Assembly (NCBI GenBank): GCA_965655095.1
Contig: OZ296649.1
Span: forward strand, 108,066,001-108,130,000
Source: Haplodiscus bocki
Taxonomy: Eukaryota
Direction: 5' to 3'
DNA: 64,000 nt
Shown here: in pieces, positions 40,301-54,600 of the stretch
Layout of the letters: each line of letters begins with the position of its first letter
Numbering within the stretch: the first letter of the stretch is position 1
Notes under the pieces: model-generated
The model's input: the letters and a program-made list of their open reading frames with translations, nothing else
Told to the model about the DNA's origin: nothing
Databases searched by the model: none
Made by a program: the position numbers and the translations under genes

Positions 40301-43300
40301 TCTAAAATTTCTCGAAATCACTTTTCTGTCCACAGAAGCGAATTGAAAAATGTCAAGATGATACTTCCTACAGAAGTTTAAAGTTGTCGATTGAGATCAA
40401 ATTGGTTGAAATCAAGCCTGCAGTTAGAGAGAATGATGATATCGAACACCAAGATGATTCAAAGTTCACATTTGCCCATGGCCTTTGGAACTTTTCGGAT
40501 TTTGATGCAGGGATTAAAAAGATTCGTTTCAGATAAGCATCCGTTTTTATTGATTCAGTTTTTTTGTTTTGGAACATGATCAAGTAAAACAAGCCGGTAT
40601 TTACGGAGAAACAAGGTGAATAAAAGAAATCAGTCAAAATTTGTGATGACTTTTGCATTTTCGGACTAACGGGAGTTCGCTGGAAAGTATCTAGAAAACA
40701 AGTTTTCTCGGATACGCCAAAACAAACTGAAGGCTGTTGATTCAGTCTTTGTTGAACGAATTCAAGACTGTACTTACGAAATAAGAAAATTTTCAGACCA
40801 CATACAAATAACTGTTATTGGCATTTTTGGAAATATATCCTTATCAAGGTTCTTTTTCAACAATTGAAATGAAGAAAAAATCCATCGAATACTATTGCAA
40901 CAGCTTTAACTTTTCAAATCAGACTGTCCCGCTTGGAATTAAAATTGTTGTGGTAAATAAAAAGATCGAACATCAAGAGAAGCCAGTGTTCACAGTCTAT
41001 TTCGACTGCTGAAATTTCCCTGGTTTTGATGCAAAAAATGAGCAAAATGACTTTATTGTTCAACCTCATTCTTTTTTTTTCGTCAAAAAGTAAAAGAAAC
41101 AAACCAACTAGTTGTTTATGGAGAAAAACATTACAAGATCAAGATAAAACAATTTTTATACCAATTTTCATTTTTTCGAACTACTGGTACCTTGGAGGAA
41201 CGCATTTAGACATTCTTTTTTCGAACACCCCAAAACAAATTAAAGATTGTTCATTAAGACTATGCTGAAAGAATTGCAGCCCATATTTGCGAATTGAGAA
41301 GAGTTTGAATAAGGAAACAAATCAATGTTAATACCGCCTTCTGGATAATTTTCACTAACAACATTCTGTCCCAAGATTCAAAATGATGAGAAAATACAAA
41401 TGACCACAACTGGAAAAACGTAACTTTTATAATTGAAGCCATGCGGTTGGAAAATAAACTTGTAGTGGAAAAGAAATGAGATCGAACATCAAGATATTTC
41501 AGTATTCACATTCCTTTCAACTTGTGGAGTTTTTCGGATTTTGACGCAAGCAGCAAAATAAGAAATTGCAAGTCTAATCTCACCCTTTTGTTGTGACTTT
41601 GTTTTCAGATGGACGTTGAATACACAAAAAGACCAGTTAAGTACGGAGAAAAACGTTCGACAATCGACAAAAACCAAACTTTGTGGAGATTTTGGCCTTT
41701 TCGGGCTACCAGGACCTTGCTGTAAGGTATTCAGAAAAGGTTTCTCATGAAAAACCCTCTTTACGTGTTGAATAATACTGATTGAGACTTTGACGGAAGC
41801 GTTGCAGCCTGTTATTACGATGAAGAAAGAGTTTGAATGTGGAGAGAAAAGTGTCTTAGAAGAGCTTTTGAGAACCTTCTTAAAATCAGTTTTCTGTCCA
41901 CAGAAGCAAAATGAAAAAATGTCTGAATGATACTTCCTCCATAGGTTTGAAGTTTCCGTTTGAGATCAAAATGGTTGAAATCAAGTCTGCAGTTAGAGAG
42001 AAGGAGGAGATCGAACACTAAGATGAGTCAAAAATCACATTCTCCTTAGGCCATTGGAACTTTTCGGATTTTGATGCAGGAACCAAAATTTTGATTTGAG
42101 AAACCCATCCATTTTTTTGGTCAATTTTTTTTGATTGGAACCTCGATGGGGTAAAACAAACCGGTTGTTACGCAGAAACACTTGAATAAAAGAAATCAAT
42201 CAAAATTTGAGAAATTTTTTGCATTTTCTGGCTAACGGGACCTTGCTGGAAAGTATTAAAGAAAAGATTTCAATGAAAACCATTTGTACGTGTTAATTGT
42301 TATTGAATGAACCTTTGACGGAAAAATTCCAACCTAACTTTAAAATGATGAAAGAGTTCGAATATGGAGACATATCTATCTTGAAGATCCTTTTTGGAAG
42401 TTTCTGACAATCAATTTTCTGTCCACTGAAGCGAAATGAATTATTTTAGATGATACCTGCTGCAAATGTTAGAAGTCTTCGATTGAAATCAAGTTGGTTG
42501 AAATCCAGGCTGCAGTTAGATAAAAGTTTGAGTTCGAATACCAAGACGAGTCAAATTTAACAGATTTCTTTGACTTCTGAAACTTTTCGGTTTCCGATGC
42601 CAGGACTAAAACTAAAAATTTGAGAGTCGGCTCCACCGCCATTTGAGTATTTGTTCCGAAAGCAACCTCGGTGGAACAACTCAGGCCGGTACTTGAGGAG
42701 AATCACTGGGGATAGAAAAAAGAAGCAAAATTTGTACTGATTTTTGAAGTTTCGGACCACCGGGACCTTGCTGGAAAGTATTCATGAAATTTTTTAATCA
42801 AAACTATTTGTAGGAGTTAAAAATTTTTGATTGGGGCATTGAAGGAAGTTGTTCAGCATTGCAGCTTGTATTTACAATGAAGAAAGATGTTGAATATGGA
42901 GACAAATGTGTCTCAAAAAGTGCTTTTCGAAAAGTTCTCGAAATCACTTTTTGTCCACAGAAGCGAATTGAAAAATGTCAAGATGATACTTCCTACAGAG
43001 GTTTAATGTTTTCGATTGAGATCAAATTGGTTGAAATCAAGCCTGCAGTTAGAGAGAATGATGATATCGATTACCAAGATGAGTCAAAGTTCACATTTGC
43101 CCATGGCCTTTGGAACTTTTCGGATTTTGATGCAGGGGTTAAAAATATTGGTTTCAGAAAACCATCCATATTTATTGATTCAGTTTTTTTGTTTGGGAGC
43201 TTGATCAAGTAAAACAAGCCGGTATTTACGGAGAAACAAGGTGAATAAAAGAAATCAGTCAAAATTTGTGATGACTTTTGCAATTTTGGACTAACGGGAG

Positions 43301-46300
43301 TTCACTGGAAGGTATCTAGACAACAAGTTTTCTCGGATACGCCAAAAGAAACTGAAGGCTGTTGATTCAGTCTTTGTTGAACGAATTCAAGGCTGTACTT
43401 ACGAAGTAAGAAAAACTTCAAACCAGATACAAATAACTGTTATTGGTATTTTTGGAAATATATCCTTATCAAGACTCTTTTTCAAAAATTGAAAAGAAGA
43501 AAAAATCCATCGAATACTATTAAAACAGCCTTAGTTTTGCAAATTAGACTGTCCCGCTTGGAATTAAAATTGTTGTGGTAAAAAAAAGGTCGAACATCAA
43601 GAGAAGTCAGTGCTCACAGTCTATTTCGACTTCTGAATTTTTCCTGATTTTGAAGCAAAAAATGAGCAAAATGAATATATTGTTCAACCACATTCTTTTT
43701 TTTTCGTCAAAAACTAAGAAAAAAACAAACCAACTAGTTGTTTATGGAGCAAAACAATACATGATCAAGATAAAACAATTTTTCTAGCATTTTTCATTTT
43801 TTCGAACTACTGGTACATTGGAGGAACGCATTTAGACATTCTTTTTTCGAACACCCCAAAACAAATTAAAGATTGTTCATTAAAACTATGCTGAAAGAAT
43901 TGCAGCCCATATTTGCGAATTGAGAAGAGTTTGAATAAGGAAACAAATCAATGTTAATACCGCCTTCTGGATAATTTTCACTAACAACATTCTGTCCCAA
44001 GGTTCAAAATGATGAGAAAATACAAATGACCACAACTGGAAAAACGTAACTTTTGTAAATGAAGCCATGCGGTTGGAAAATAAAGTTGTAGTGGAAAAGA
44101 AAAGAGATCGAACATCAAGATATTTCAGTATTCGCATTCCTTTCAACTTGTGGAGTTTTTCGGATTTTGACGCAAGCAACAAAATAAGAAATTGCAAGTC
44201 TAATCTCACCCTTTTGTTGTGACTTTGTTCTCAGATGGACGTTGAACACACAAAAAGACCAGTTAAGTACGGAGAAAGACGTTCGACAATCGACAAAAAC
44301 CAAAATTTGTGGAGATTTTTGCCTTTTCGGGCTACCAGGACCTTGCTGTAATTCATTCAGAAAAGGTTTCTCATGAAAAACCCTCTTTACGTGTTGATTA
44401 ATACTGATTGAGTCTTTGACGGAAGCGTTGCAGCCTGTTATTACGATGAAGAAAGAGTTTGAATGTGGAGAGAAAAATGTCTTAGAAATGGTTTTGAGAA
44501 CCTTCTCGAAATCAGTTTTCTGTCCACAGAAGCGAATTGAAAAATGTCAAGATGATACTTCCTACAGAAGTTTAAAGTTGTCGATTGAGATCAAATTGGT
44601 TGAAATCAAGCCTGCAGTTAGGGAGAATGATGATATCGAACACCAAGATGAGTCAAAGTTCACATTTGCCCATGGCCTTTGGAACTTTTCGGATTTTGAT
44701 GCAGGGATTAAAAATATTCGTTTCAGATAACCATCCATTTTTATTGATTCAGTTTTTTTGTTTGGGAGCTTGATCAAGTAAAACAAGCCGGTATTTACGG
44801 AGAAACAAGGTGAATAAAAGAAATCAGTCAAAATTTGTGATGACTTTTGCAATTTTGGACTAACGGGAGTTTGCTGGAAGGTATCTAGAAAACAAGTTTT
44901 CTCGGATACACCAAAACAAACTGAAGGCTGTTGATTCAGTCTTTGTTGAACGAATTCAAGGCTGTACTTACGAAGTAAGAGAACTTTCAAAACAGATACA
45001 AATCACTGTTATTGGCATTTTTTGGAAATATCTCCTTATCAAGATTCTTTTTCAAAAATTGAAATGAAGAAAAAATCCATCGAATACTTTTGCAACAGCA
45101 TAAACTTTGCAAATCAGACTGTCCTGCTTAGAAATAAAATTGTTGTGGTAAATAAAAAGATCGAACATCAAGAGAAGTCAGTGTTCACAGTCTATTTCGA
45201 CTTCTGAATTTTTCCTGATTTTGATGCAAAAAATGAGCAAAATGAATTTATTGTTGAACCCCATTTTTTATTTTTTTTTCGTCAAAAACTAAGAAAAAAA
45301 CAAACCAACTAGTTGTTTATGGAGCAAAACAATACATGATCAAGATAAAACAATTTTTATAGCATTTTTCATTTTTTCGAACTACTGGTACATTGGAGGA
45401 ACGCATTTAGACATTCTTTTTTCGAACACCCCAAAACAAATTAAAGATTGTTCATTAAGACTATGCTGAAAGAATTGCAGCCCATATTTGCGAAATGAGA
45501 AGAGTTTGAATAAGGAAACAAATCAAGGTTAATACCGCCTTCTGGATAATTTTCACTAACAACATTCTGTCCCAAGGTTCAAAATGATGAGAAAATACAA
45601 ATGACCACAACTGGAAAAACGTAACTTTTGTATTTGAAGCCATGCGGTTGGAAAACAAACTTGTAGTGGAGAAGAAATGAGATCGAACGTCAAGATGTTT
45701 CAGTATTCACATTCCTTTCAACTTGTGGAGTTTTTCGGATTTTGACGCAAGCAGCAAAATAAGAAATTGCAAGTCTAATCTCACCCTTTTGTTGTGACTT
45801 TGTTCTCAGATGGACGTTGCATACACAAAAAGACCAGTTAAGTACGGAGAAAGACGTTCGACAATCGACAAAAACCAAACTTTGTGGAGATTTTGGCCTT
45901 TTCGGGCTACCAGGACCTTGCTGTAAGGTATTCAGAAAAGGTTTCTCATGAAAAACCCTCTTTACGTGTTGAATATTACTGATTGAGTCTTTGACGGAAG
46001 CGTTGCAGCCTGTTATTACGATGAAGAAAGAGTTTGAATGTGGAGAGAAAAGTGTCTTAGAAGAGCTTTTGAGAACCTTCTTGAAATCAGTTTTCTGTCC
46101 ACAGAAGCAAAATGAAAAAATGTCTGAATGATACTTCCTGCATAGGTTTGAAGTTTCCGTTTGAGATCAAAATGGTTGAAGTCAAGTCTGCAGTTAGAGA
46201 GAAGGAGGAGATCGAACACCAAGATGAGTCAAAAATCACATTCTCATTAGGCCATTGGAATTTATCGGATTTTGATGCAGGAACCAAATTTTTTGATTTG

Positions 46301-48600
46301 AGAAACCCATCCATTTTTTTTGGTCGAAATTTTTTGATTGGAACCTCGATGGAGTAAAACAAACCGGTTGTTACGCAGAAACACTTGAATAAAAGAAATC
46401 AATCAAAATTTGTGATATTTTTTGCAATTTCGGGCTAACGGGACCTTGCTGGAAAGTATTCAAGAAAAGTTTTCAATGAAAACCATTTGTACGAGTTAAT
46501 TGTTATTGAATGAACCTTTGATGGAAAAATTCCAACCTAACTTTAGGATGATGAAAGAGTTCGAATATGGAGACATATCTATCTTGAAGATCCTTTTTGG
46601 AAGTTTCTCAAAATCAATTTTCTGTCCACTGAAGCGAAATGAAAAGTTTTAGATGATACCTGCTGCAAATGTTAGAAGTCTTCGATTGAAATCAAGTTGG
46701 TTGAAATCCAGGCTGCAGTTAGATAAAAGTTTGAGTTCGAATACCAAGACGAGTCAAATTTAACAGATTTCTTTGACTTCTGGAACTTTTCGGTTTCCGA
46801 TGCCAGGACTAAAATTAAAAATTTGAGAGTCGGCTCCACCGCCATTTGAGTTTTTGTTCCGAAAGCAACCTCGATGGAACAACTCAGGCCGGTATTTGAA
46901 GGGAATCACTGGGGATAGAAAAAAGAAGCAAAATTTGTAGTGAATTTTGAAGTTTTGGTCTACCGGGACCTTGCTGGAAGGTATTCATGAAATTTTTCAA
47001 TCAAAACTATTTGTAGGAGTTAAAATTTATTGAATGGGGCATTGAAGGAAGATGTTCAGCATTGCAGCCTGTATTTACGATGAAGAAAGATGTTGAATAT
47101 GGAGACAAATGTGTCTTAAAGGTGCTTTTCGAAAATTTCTCGAAATCACTTTTCTGTCCACAGAAGCGAATTGAAAAATGTCAAGATGATACTTCCTACA
47201 GAAGTTTAAAGTTGTCGATTGAGATCAAATTGGTTGAAATTAAGCCTGCAGTTAGAGAAAATGATGATATCGAACACCAAGATGAGTCAAAGTTCACATT
47301 TGCCCATGGCCTTTGGAACTTTTCGGATTTTGATGCAGGGATTAAAAATATTCGTTTCAGATAACCATCCGTTTTTATTGATTCAGTTTTCTTGTTTGGG
47401 AACTTGATCAAGTAAAACAAGCCGGTATTTACGGAGAAACAAGGTGAATAAAAGAAATCAGTCAGAATTTGTGATGACTTCTGCAATTTTGGACTAACAG
47501 GAGTTTGCTGGAAGGTATCTAGAAAACAAGTTTTCTCGGATACGCCAAAACAAACTGAAGGCTGTTGATTCAGTCTTTGTTGAACGAATTCAAGGCTTTG
47601 CTTACGAAGTAAGAGAAATTTCAAAACAGATACAAATCACTGTTATTGGCATTTTTGGAAATATAATCTTATCAAGATTCTTTTTCAATAATTGAAATGA
47701 AGAAAAAATCCATCGAATACTATTGCAACAGCTTTAACTTTGCAAATCCGACTGTCCTGCTTGGAATTAAAATTGTTGTGGTAAATAAAAAGATCGAACA
47801 TGAAGTGAAGTCAGTGTTCACAGTCTATTCCGACTTCTGAGTTTTTTCTGATTTTCATGCAAAAAAATGAGCGAAATGAACTTATTGTTCAACCCCATTC
47901 TTTATTTTTTTTTCGTCAAAAACATAAAAAAAAACAAACCAACTAGGAAAAACATTACATGATCAAGATAAAGTTATTTTTATAGCATTTTTCATTTTCG
48001 AACTACTGGTACATTGGAGGAACGCATTTAGACATTCTTTTTTCGAACACCCCAAAACAAATTAAAGATTCTTCATTAAGACTATGCTGAAAGAATTGCA
48101 GCCCATATTTGCGAATTGAGAAGAGTTTGAATAAGGAAACAAATCAATGTTAATACCGCCTTCTGGATAATTTTCACTAACAACATTCTGTCCCAAGGTT
48201 CAAAATGATGAGAAAATACAAATGACCACAACTGGAAAAACGTAACTTTTGTAATTGAAGCCATGCGGTTGGAAAATAAACTTGTAGTGGAAAAGAAATG
48301 AGATCGAACATCAAGATATTTCAGTATTCACATTCCTTTCATCTTGTGGAGTTTTTCGGATTTTGACGCAAGCAACAAAATAAGAAATTGCAAGTCTAAT
48401 CTCACCCTTTTGTTGTGACTTTGTTTTCAGATGGACGTTGAATACACAAAAAGACCAATTAAGTATGGAGAAAAACGTTCGACAATCGACAAAAACCAAA
48501 CTTTGTGGAGATTTTGGCCTTTTCGGTCTACCAGGACCTTGCCGTAAGGTATTCAGAAAAGGTTTCTCATGAAAAACCCTCTGTACGTGTTGAATAATAC
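34370..48600 (+). repeat. 5-monomer HOR (A-B-C-D-E), ~2625 bp period, with one shortened 3-mer unit
   Basis: D-monomer ORF starts at 36010, 38634, 41260, 43886 (steps 2624-2626), then 45461 (+1575) and 48082 (+2621). Also 34422 to 37048 and 34984 to 37610 (2626). Confidence 0.93.
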
Positions 48601-51600
48601 TGATTGAGTCTTTGACAGAAGCGTTGCAGCCTGTTATTACGATGAAGAAAGAGTTTGAATGTGGAGAGGAAAGTGTCTTAGAAGAGCTTTTGAGAACCTT
48701 GTTAAAATCAGTTTTCTGTCCACAGAAGCAAAATGAAAAAATGTCTGAATGATATTTCCTCCATAGGTTTGAAGTTTCCGTTTGAGATCAAAATGGTTGA
48801 AGTCAAGTCTGCAGTTAGAGCGCAGGAGGAGATCGAATGCCAAGAAGAATCAAAAGTCACATTCTCCTTTGGCCTTTGGAACTTTTCGTATTTTGATGCA
48901 GGAATTAAACTTTTTGATTTGAGAGACCCATCCATTTCTAATGGTCTAAATTTTTTGGTTGGGACCTCGATAGAGTAAAACAAGCCGGTTGTTACGGAGA
49001 AACACGTGAGTAAAAGAAATCGATCAAAAACTGTGATAACTTTTGCAATTTTTGACTAAGGGAACCTTGCTGGAAAGTATATAGACAACAGACTTTCTCG
49101 GATACGCCCAAACGATTTAAAAGCTGTTGATTGAGTCTTTTGTTGAACGAATTCAAGGCTGTACTTACGAAGTAACAAAATTTTCAAAACAGATACAAAT
49201 CACTGTTATTGGCATTTTTGGAAAGATATTCTTATCAAGATTCTTTTTCAAAAATTGAAATGAAGAAAAAATCCATCGAATACTATTGCAACAGCTTTAA
49301 CTTTGCAAATCCGACTGTCCTGCTTGGAATTAAAATTGTTGTGGTAAATAAAAAAAATCGAACATCAAGTGAAGTCAGTGTCCACAGTCTATTTCGACTT
49401 CTGAATTTTTCCTGATTTTCATGCAAAAAATGAGCAAAATGAACTTATTGTTCAACCCCATTCTTTATTTTTTTTCGTCAAAAACATAAAAAAAACAAAC
49501 CAACTAGGAAAAACATTACATGATCAAGATAAAGTAGTTTTTATAACATTTTTCATTTTCGAACTACTGGTACATTGGAGGAACGCATTTAGACATTCTT
49601 TTTTCGAACACCCCAAAACAAATTAAAGATTGTTCATTAAGACTATGCTGAAAGAATTGCAGCCCATATTTGCGAATTGAGAAGAATTTGAATAAGGAAA
49701 CAAATCAATGTTAATACCGCCTTCTGGATAATTTTCACTAACAACATTCTGTCCCGAGGTTCAAAATGATGAGAAAATACAAATGACCACAACTGGAAAA
49801 ACGTAACTTTTGTAATTGAAGCCATGCGGTCGGAAAACAAACTTGTAGTGGAAAAGAAATGAGATCGAACATCAAGATATTTCAGTATTCACATTCCTTT
49901 CAACTTGTGGAGTTTTTCGGATTTTGACGCAAGCAACAAAATAAGTAATTGCAAGTCTAATCTCACCCTTTTGTTGTGACTTTGTTTTCAGATGGACGTT
50001 GAATACACAAAAAGACCAGTTAAGTACGGAGAAAAACGTTCGACAATCGACAAAAACCAAACTTTGTGGAGATTTTGGCCTTTTCGGGCTACCAGGACCT
50101 TGCTGTAAGGTATTCAGAAAAGGTTTCTCATGAAAAACCCTCTTTACGTGTTGATTAATACTGATTGAGTCTTTGACGGAAGCGTTGCAGCCTGTTATTA
50201 CGATGAAGAAAAAGTTTGAATGTAGAGAGAAAAGTGTCTTAGAAGAGCTTTTGAGAACATTCTTAAAATCAGTTTTCCGTCCACAGAATCAAAATGAAAA
50301 AATGTCGAAATGATACTTCCTCCATAGATTTAAACTTTTCGATTGAGATCAAAATGGTTGAAGCCAAATTTGCAGTTAGAGCGCAGGAGGAGATCGAATG
50401 CCAAGAAGAATCAAAAGTCACATTCTCCTTTGGCCTTTGGAACTTTTCGGATTTTGATGCAGGAATTAAAATTTTTGATTTGAGAGACCCATCCATTTCT
50501 AATGGTCTAAATTTTTCGATTGGGACCTCGTTAGTGTAAAACAAGCCGGTTGTTACGGAGAAACACGTGAGTAAAAGAAATCGATCAAAAACTGTGATAA
50601 CTTTTGCAATTTTGGACTAACGGAACCTTGCTGGAAAGTATTTAGACAACAGACTTTCTCGGATACGCCCAAACGATTTAAAAGCTGTTGATTGAGCCTT
50701 TTGTTGAACGAATTCACGGCTGTATTTACCAAGTATGAAAAGTTTCAAAAAAGATACAAATCAATGTTATGGTGCTTTTTTGGAAAAATCTCGCTATCAA
50801 GACCTCTTTTCAAAAATCCAAAGGAAGAAAAAATCCATTGAAAACAATCACAGCAGCATGAATATTGCAAATGAGACCATGCTGTATGAAAATAAACTTG
50901 TTTGGTAAAAACAGATCGAACATCAAAATAAGTCAGTACTCACAGTCTGTTTTGACTTCTGAACTTTTTCTGAATTTGATGCAGAGAATGAACAAAATGA
51001 AATTATTGTGCAATCCCATTCTTTAAATGTTTTTGTTAAAATCTCAAAAAACAAACAATTAGGTATTTACGGAGAAAAACGTTCCATGACCAAGATGAAA
51101 CAATTTTTATAGCATTTGTTTGTAAATTCGAACTACTGGGACCTTGGAGGAACGCATTTAGACAATTTTTTTCAATTTTTTTCGAACACTCCAAAACGAG
51201 TTAAAGGTTGTTGTTTGAGACTTTGAGGGATAGATTGCAGCCGGTATTTGCGAAGTGAGAACAGTTTGAATCAGGAGACAAATCAAAGTTAATACTGCTT
51301 GTTGGAAAATTCCCATTAACAGCGTTTTGGCTCAAGATTCGAAAAGATGAGAAAAACCAATTGACTCCAACTGGAAAATTTTAACCTATGTAATTGAGGC
51401 CATGCAGTTTGAAATTAAAGTTGTAGTGGAAACAAACGAGATCGAACATCAAGATATTTCAGAATTGACAATCTTTTTAATTTATGGAATTTTTCGGACT
51501 TTGTCACAAGCAACCAAATGAATAAATTGCAAGTCCAATCTCACCCGTTTCTTGTGATTTTGTTTTCTGATGGACGTTGCAGAAACAAAAAAAAACAGTT

Positions 51601-54600
51601 AGTTAAAGAGAATGACGTTCGATGATCAAGAGAAATCACAATTTGTAGAGATTTTTGACTTTTCGGGCTACAAGGACCTTGCTGTAAGGTATTCAGAAAA
51701 AGTTCCTCATAAAAAACCCTTTTCACGTGTTGAAGAGTATTGATTGAGTCTTTGACGGAAGCGTTCGAGCCTCTAACTACGATGAAGAAAGGGTTTGAAT
51801 GTGGAGACAAAACTGTTTTAGAAGTGCTTTTGAAAGCTTTCGGAAAGTCAGTTTTCTGTCCACAGAAGCAAAATGACAAAACGTCTAATTGATACTTCCT
51901 CCATGGGTTTAGAGTTTTCGATTGAGATCAAATTGGTTGAAGTCAAGTCTGCAGTTAGAGAGAAGGTGGAGATCGAACACCAAGATGAGTCAAAAATCAC
52001 ATTTGCCCATGGCCATTGGAACTTTTCGGATTTTGATGCAGGGATAAAAATTAATGGTTTGAGAAACCCATCCAATTTTATCGGTTCAATTTTTTTGATT
52101 GGGATCTTGAAGAAGTAAAACAAGCCGGTTGTTGTGGAGAAACAAATTGAATAAAAAAATCAATCAAATTTTGTGATGACTTTTGCAATTTTGGGCTAAC
52201 GGGAGTTTGCTGGAAGATATCTAGACAACAAGTTTTCTCGGATGCGCCCAAACAAACTGAAGGCTGTTGATTCAGTCTTTGTTGAACGAATTCAAGGCTG
52301 TACTTACGAAGTAACAAAATTTTCAAAACAGATACAAATCACTGTTATTGGCATTTTTGGAAATATATTCTTATCAAGATTCTTTTTCAAAAATTGAAAT
52401 GAAGAAAAAATCCATCGAATACTATTGCAACAGCTTTAGTTTTGCAAATCCGACTGTCCTGCTTGGAATTAAAATTGTTGTGGTAAATAAAAAAAATCGA
52501 ACATCAAGTGAAGTCAGTGTCCACAGTCTATTTCGACTTCTGAATTTTTCCTGGTTTTGATGCAAAAAATGAGCAAAATGAATTTATTGTTCAACCTCAT
52601 TCTTTTTTTTTCGTCAAAAAGTAAAAGAAACAAACCAACTAGTTGTTTATGGAGAAAAACATTACATGATCAAGATAAAACAATTTTTATAGCATTTTTC
52701 AATTTTTCGAACTACTGGTACATTGGAGGAACGCATTTAGACATTCTTTTTTCGAACACCCCAAAACAAATTAAAGATTGTTCATTAAGACTATGTTGAA
52801 AGAATTGCAGCCCATATTTGCGAATTGAGAAGAGTTTGAATAAGGAAACAAATCAATGTTAATACCGCCTTCTGGATAATTTTCACTAACAACATTCTGT
52901 CCCAAGGTTCAAAATGATGAGAAAATACAAATGACCACAACTGTAAAAACGTAACTTTTGTAATTGAAGCCATGCGGTTGGAAAACAAACTTGTAGTGGA
53001 AAAGAAATGAGATCGAACATCAAGATATTTCAGTATTCACATTCCTTTCAACTTGTGGAGTTTTTCGGATTTTGACGCAAGCAACAAAATAAGAAATTGC
53101 AAGTCTAATCTCACCCTTTTGTTGTGACTTTGTTTTCAGATGGACGTTGAATACACAAAAAGACCAGTTAAGTACAGAGAAAAACGTTCGACGATCGACA
53201 AAAACCAAACTTTGGGGAGATTTTGGCCTTTTGGGGCTACCAGGACCTTGCTGTAAGGTTTTCAGAAAAAGTTTCTCATGAAAATCCCTCTTTACGTGTT
53301 GAATAATACTGATTGAGATTTTGACGGAAGCGTTGCAGCCGGTTATTACGATGAAGAAAGAGTTTGAATGTGGAGAGAAAAGTGTCTTAGAAGAGCTTTT
53401 GAGAACCTTCTTTAAATCAGTTTTCTGTCCACAGAATCAAAATGAAAAAATGTCGAAATGATACTTCCTCCATAGGTTTGAAGTTTCCGTTTGAGATCAA
53501 AATGGTTGAAGTCAAGTTTTCAGTTAGAGAGAAGGAGGAGATCGAACACCAAGATGAGTCAAAAATCACATTTGCCCATGGCCATTGGAACTTTTCGGAT
53601 TTTGATGCAGGGATAAAAATTAATGGTTTGAGAAACCCATCCAATTTTATCGGTTCAATTTTTTTGATTGGGATCTTGAAGAAGTAAAACAAGCCGGTTG
53701 TTATGGAGAAACAAATTGAATAAAAAAATCAATCAAATTTTGTGATGACTTTTGCAATTTTGGGCTAACGGGAGTTTGCTGGAAGATATCTAGACAACAA
53801 GTTTTCTCGGATGCGCCAAAACAAACTGAAGGCTGTTGATTCAGTCTTTGTTGAACGAATTCAAGGCTGTACTTACGAAGTAACAAAATTTTCAAAACAG
53901 ATACAAATCACTGTTATTGGAATTTTTGGAATTATATTCTTATCAAGATTCTTTTTCAAAAATTGAAATGAAGAAAAAATCCATCGAATACTATTGCAAC
54001 AGCTTTAGTTTTGCAAATCCGACTGTCCTGCTTGGAATTAAAATTGTTGTGGTAAATAAAAAAAATCGAACATCAAGTGAAGTCAGTGTCCACAGTCTAT
54101 TTCGACTTCTGAATTTTTCCTGGTTTTGATGCAAAAAATGAGCAAAATGAATTTATTGTTCAACCCCATTCTTTATTTTGTTTCGTCAAAAAGTAAAAAA
54201 ACAAACCAACTAGTTGTTTATGGAGAAAAACATTACATGATCAAGATAAAACAATTTTTATAGCATTTTTCAATTTTTCGAACTACTGGTACATTGGAGG
54301 AACTCATTTAGACATTCTTTTTTCGAACACCCCAAAACAAATTAAAGATTGTTCATTAAGACTATGCTGAAAGAATTGCAGCCCATATTTGCGAATTGAG
54401 AAGAGTTTGAATAAGGAAACAAATCAATGTTAATACCGCCTTCTGGATAATTTTCACTAACAACATTCTGTCCCAAGGTTCAAAATGATGAGAAAATACA
54501 AATGACCACAACTGGAAAAACGTAACTTTTGTAATTGAAGCCATGCGGTTGGAAAACAAACTTGTAGTGGAAAAGAAATGAGATCGAACATCAAGATATT

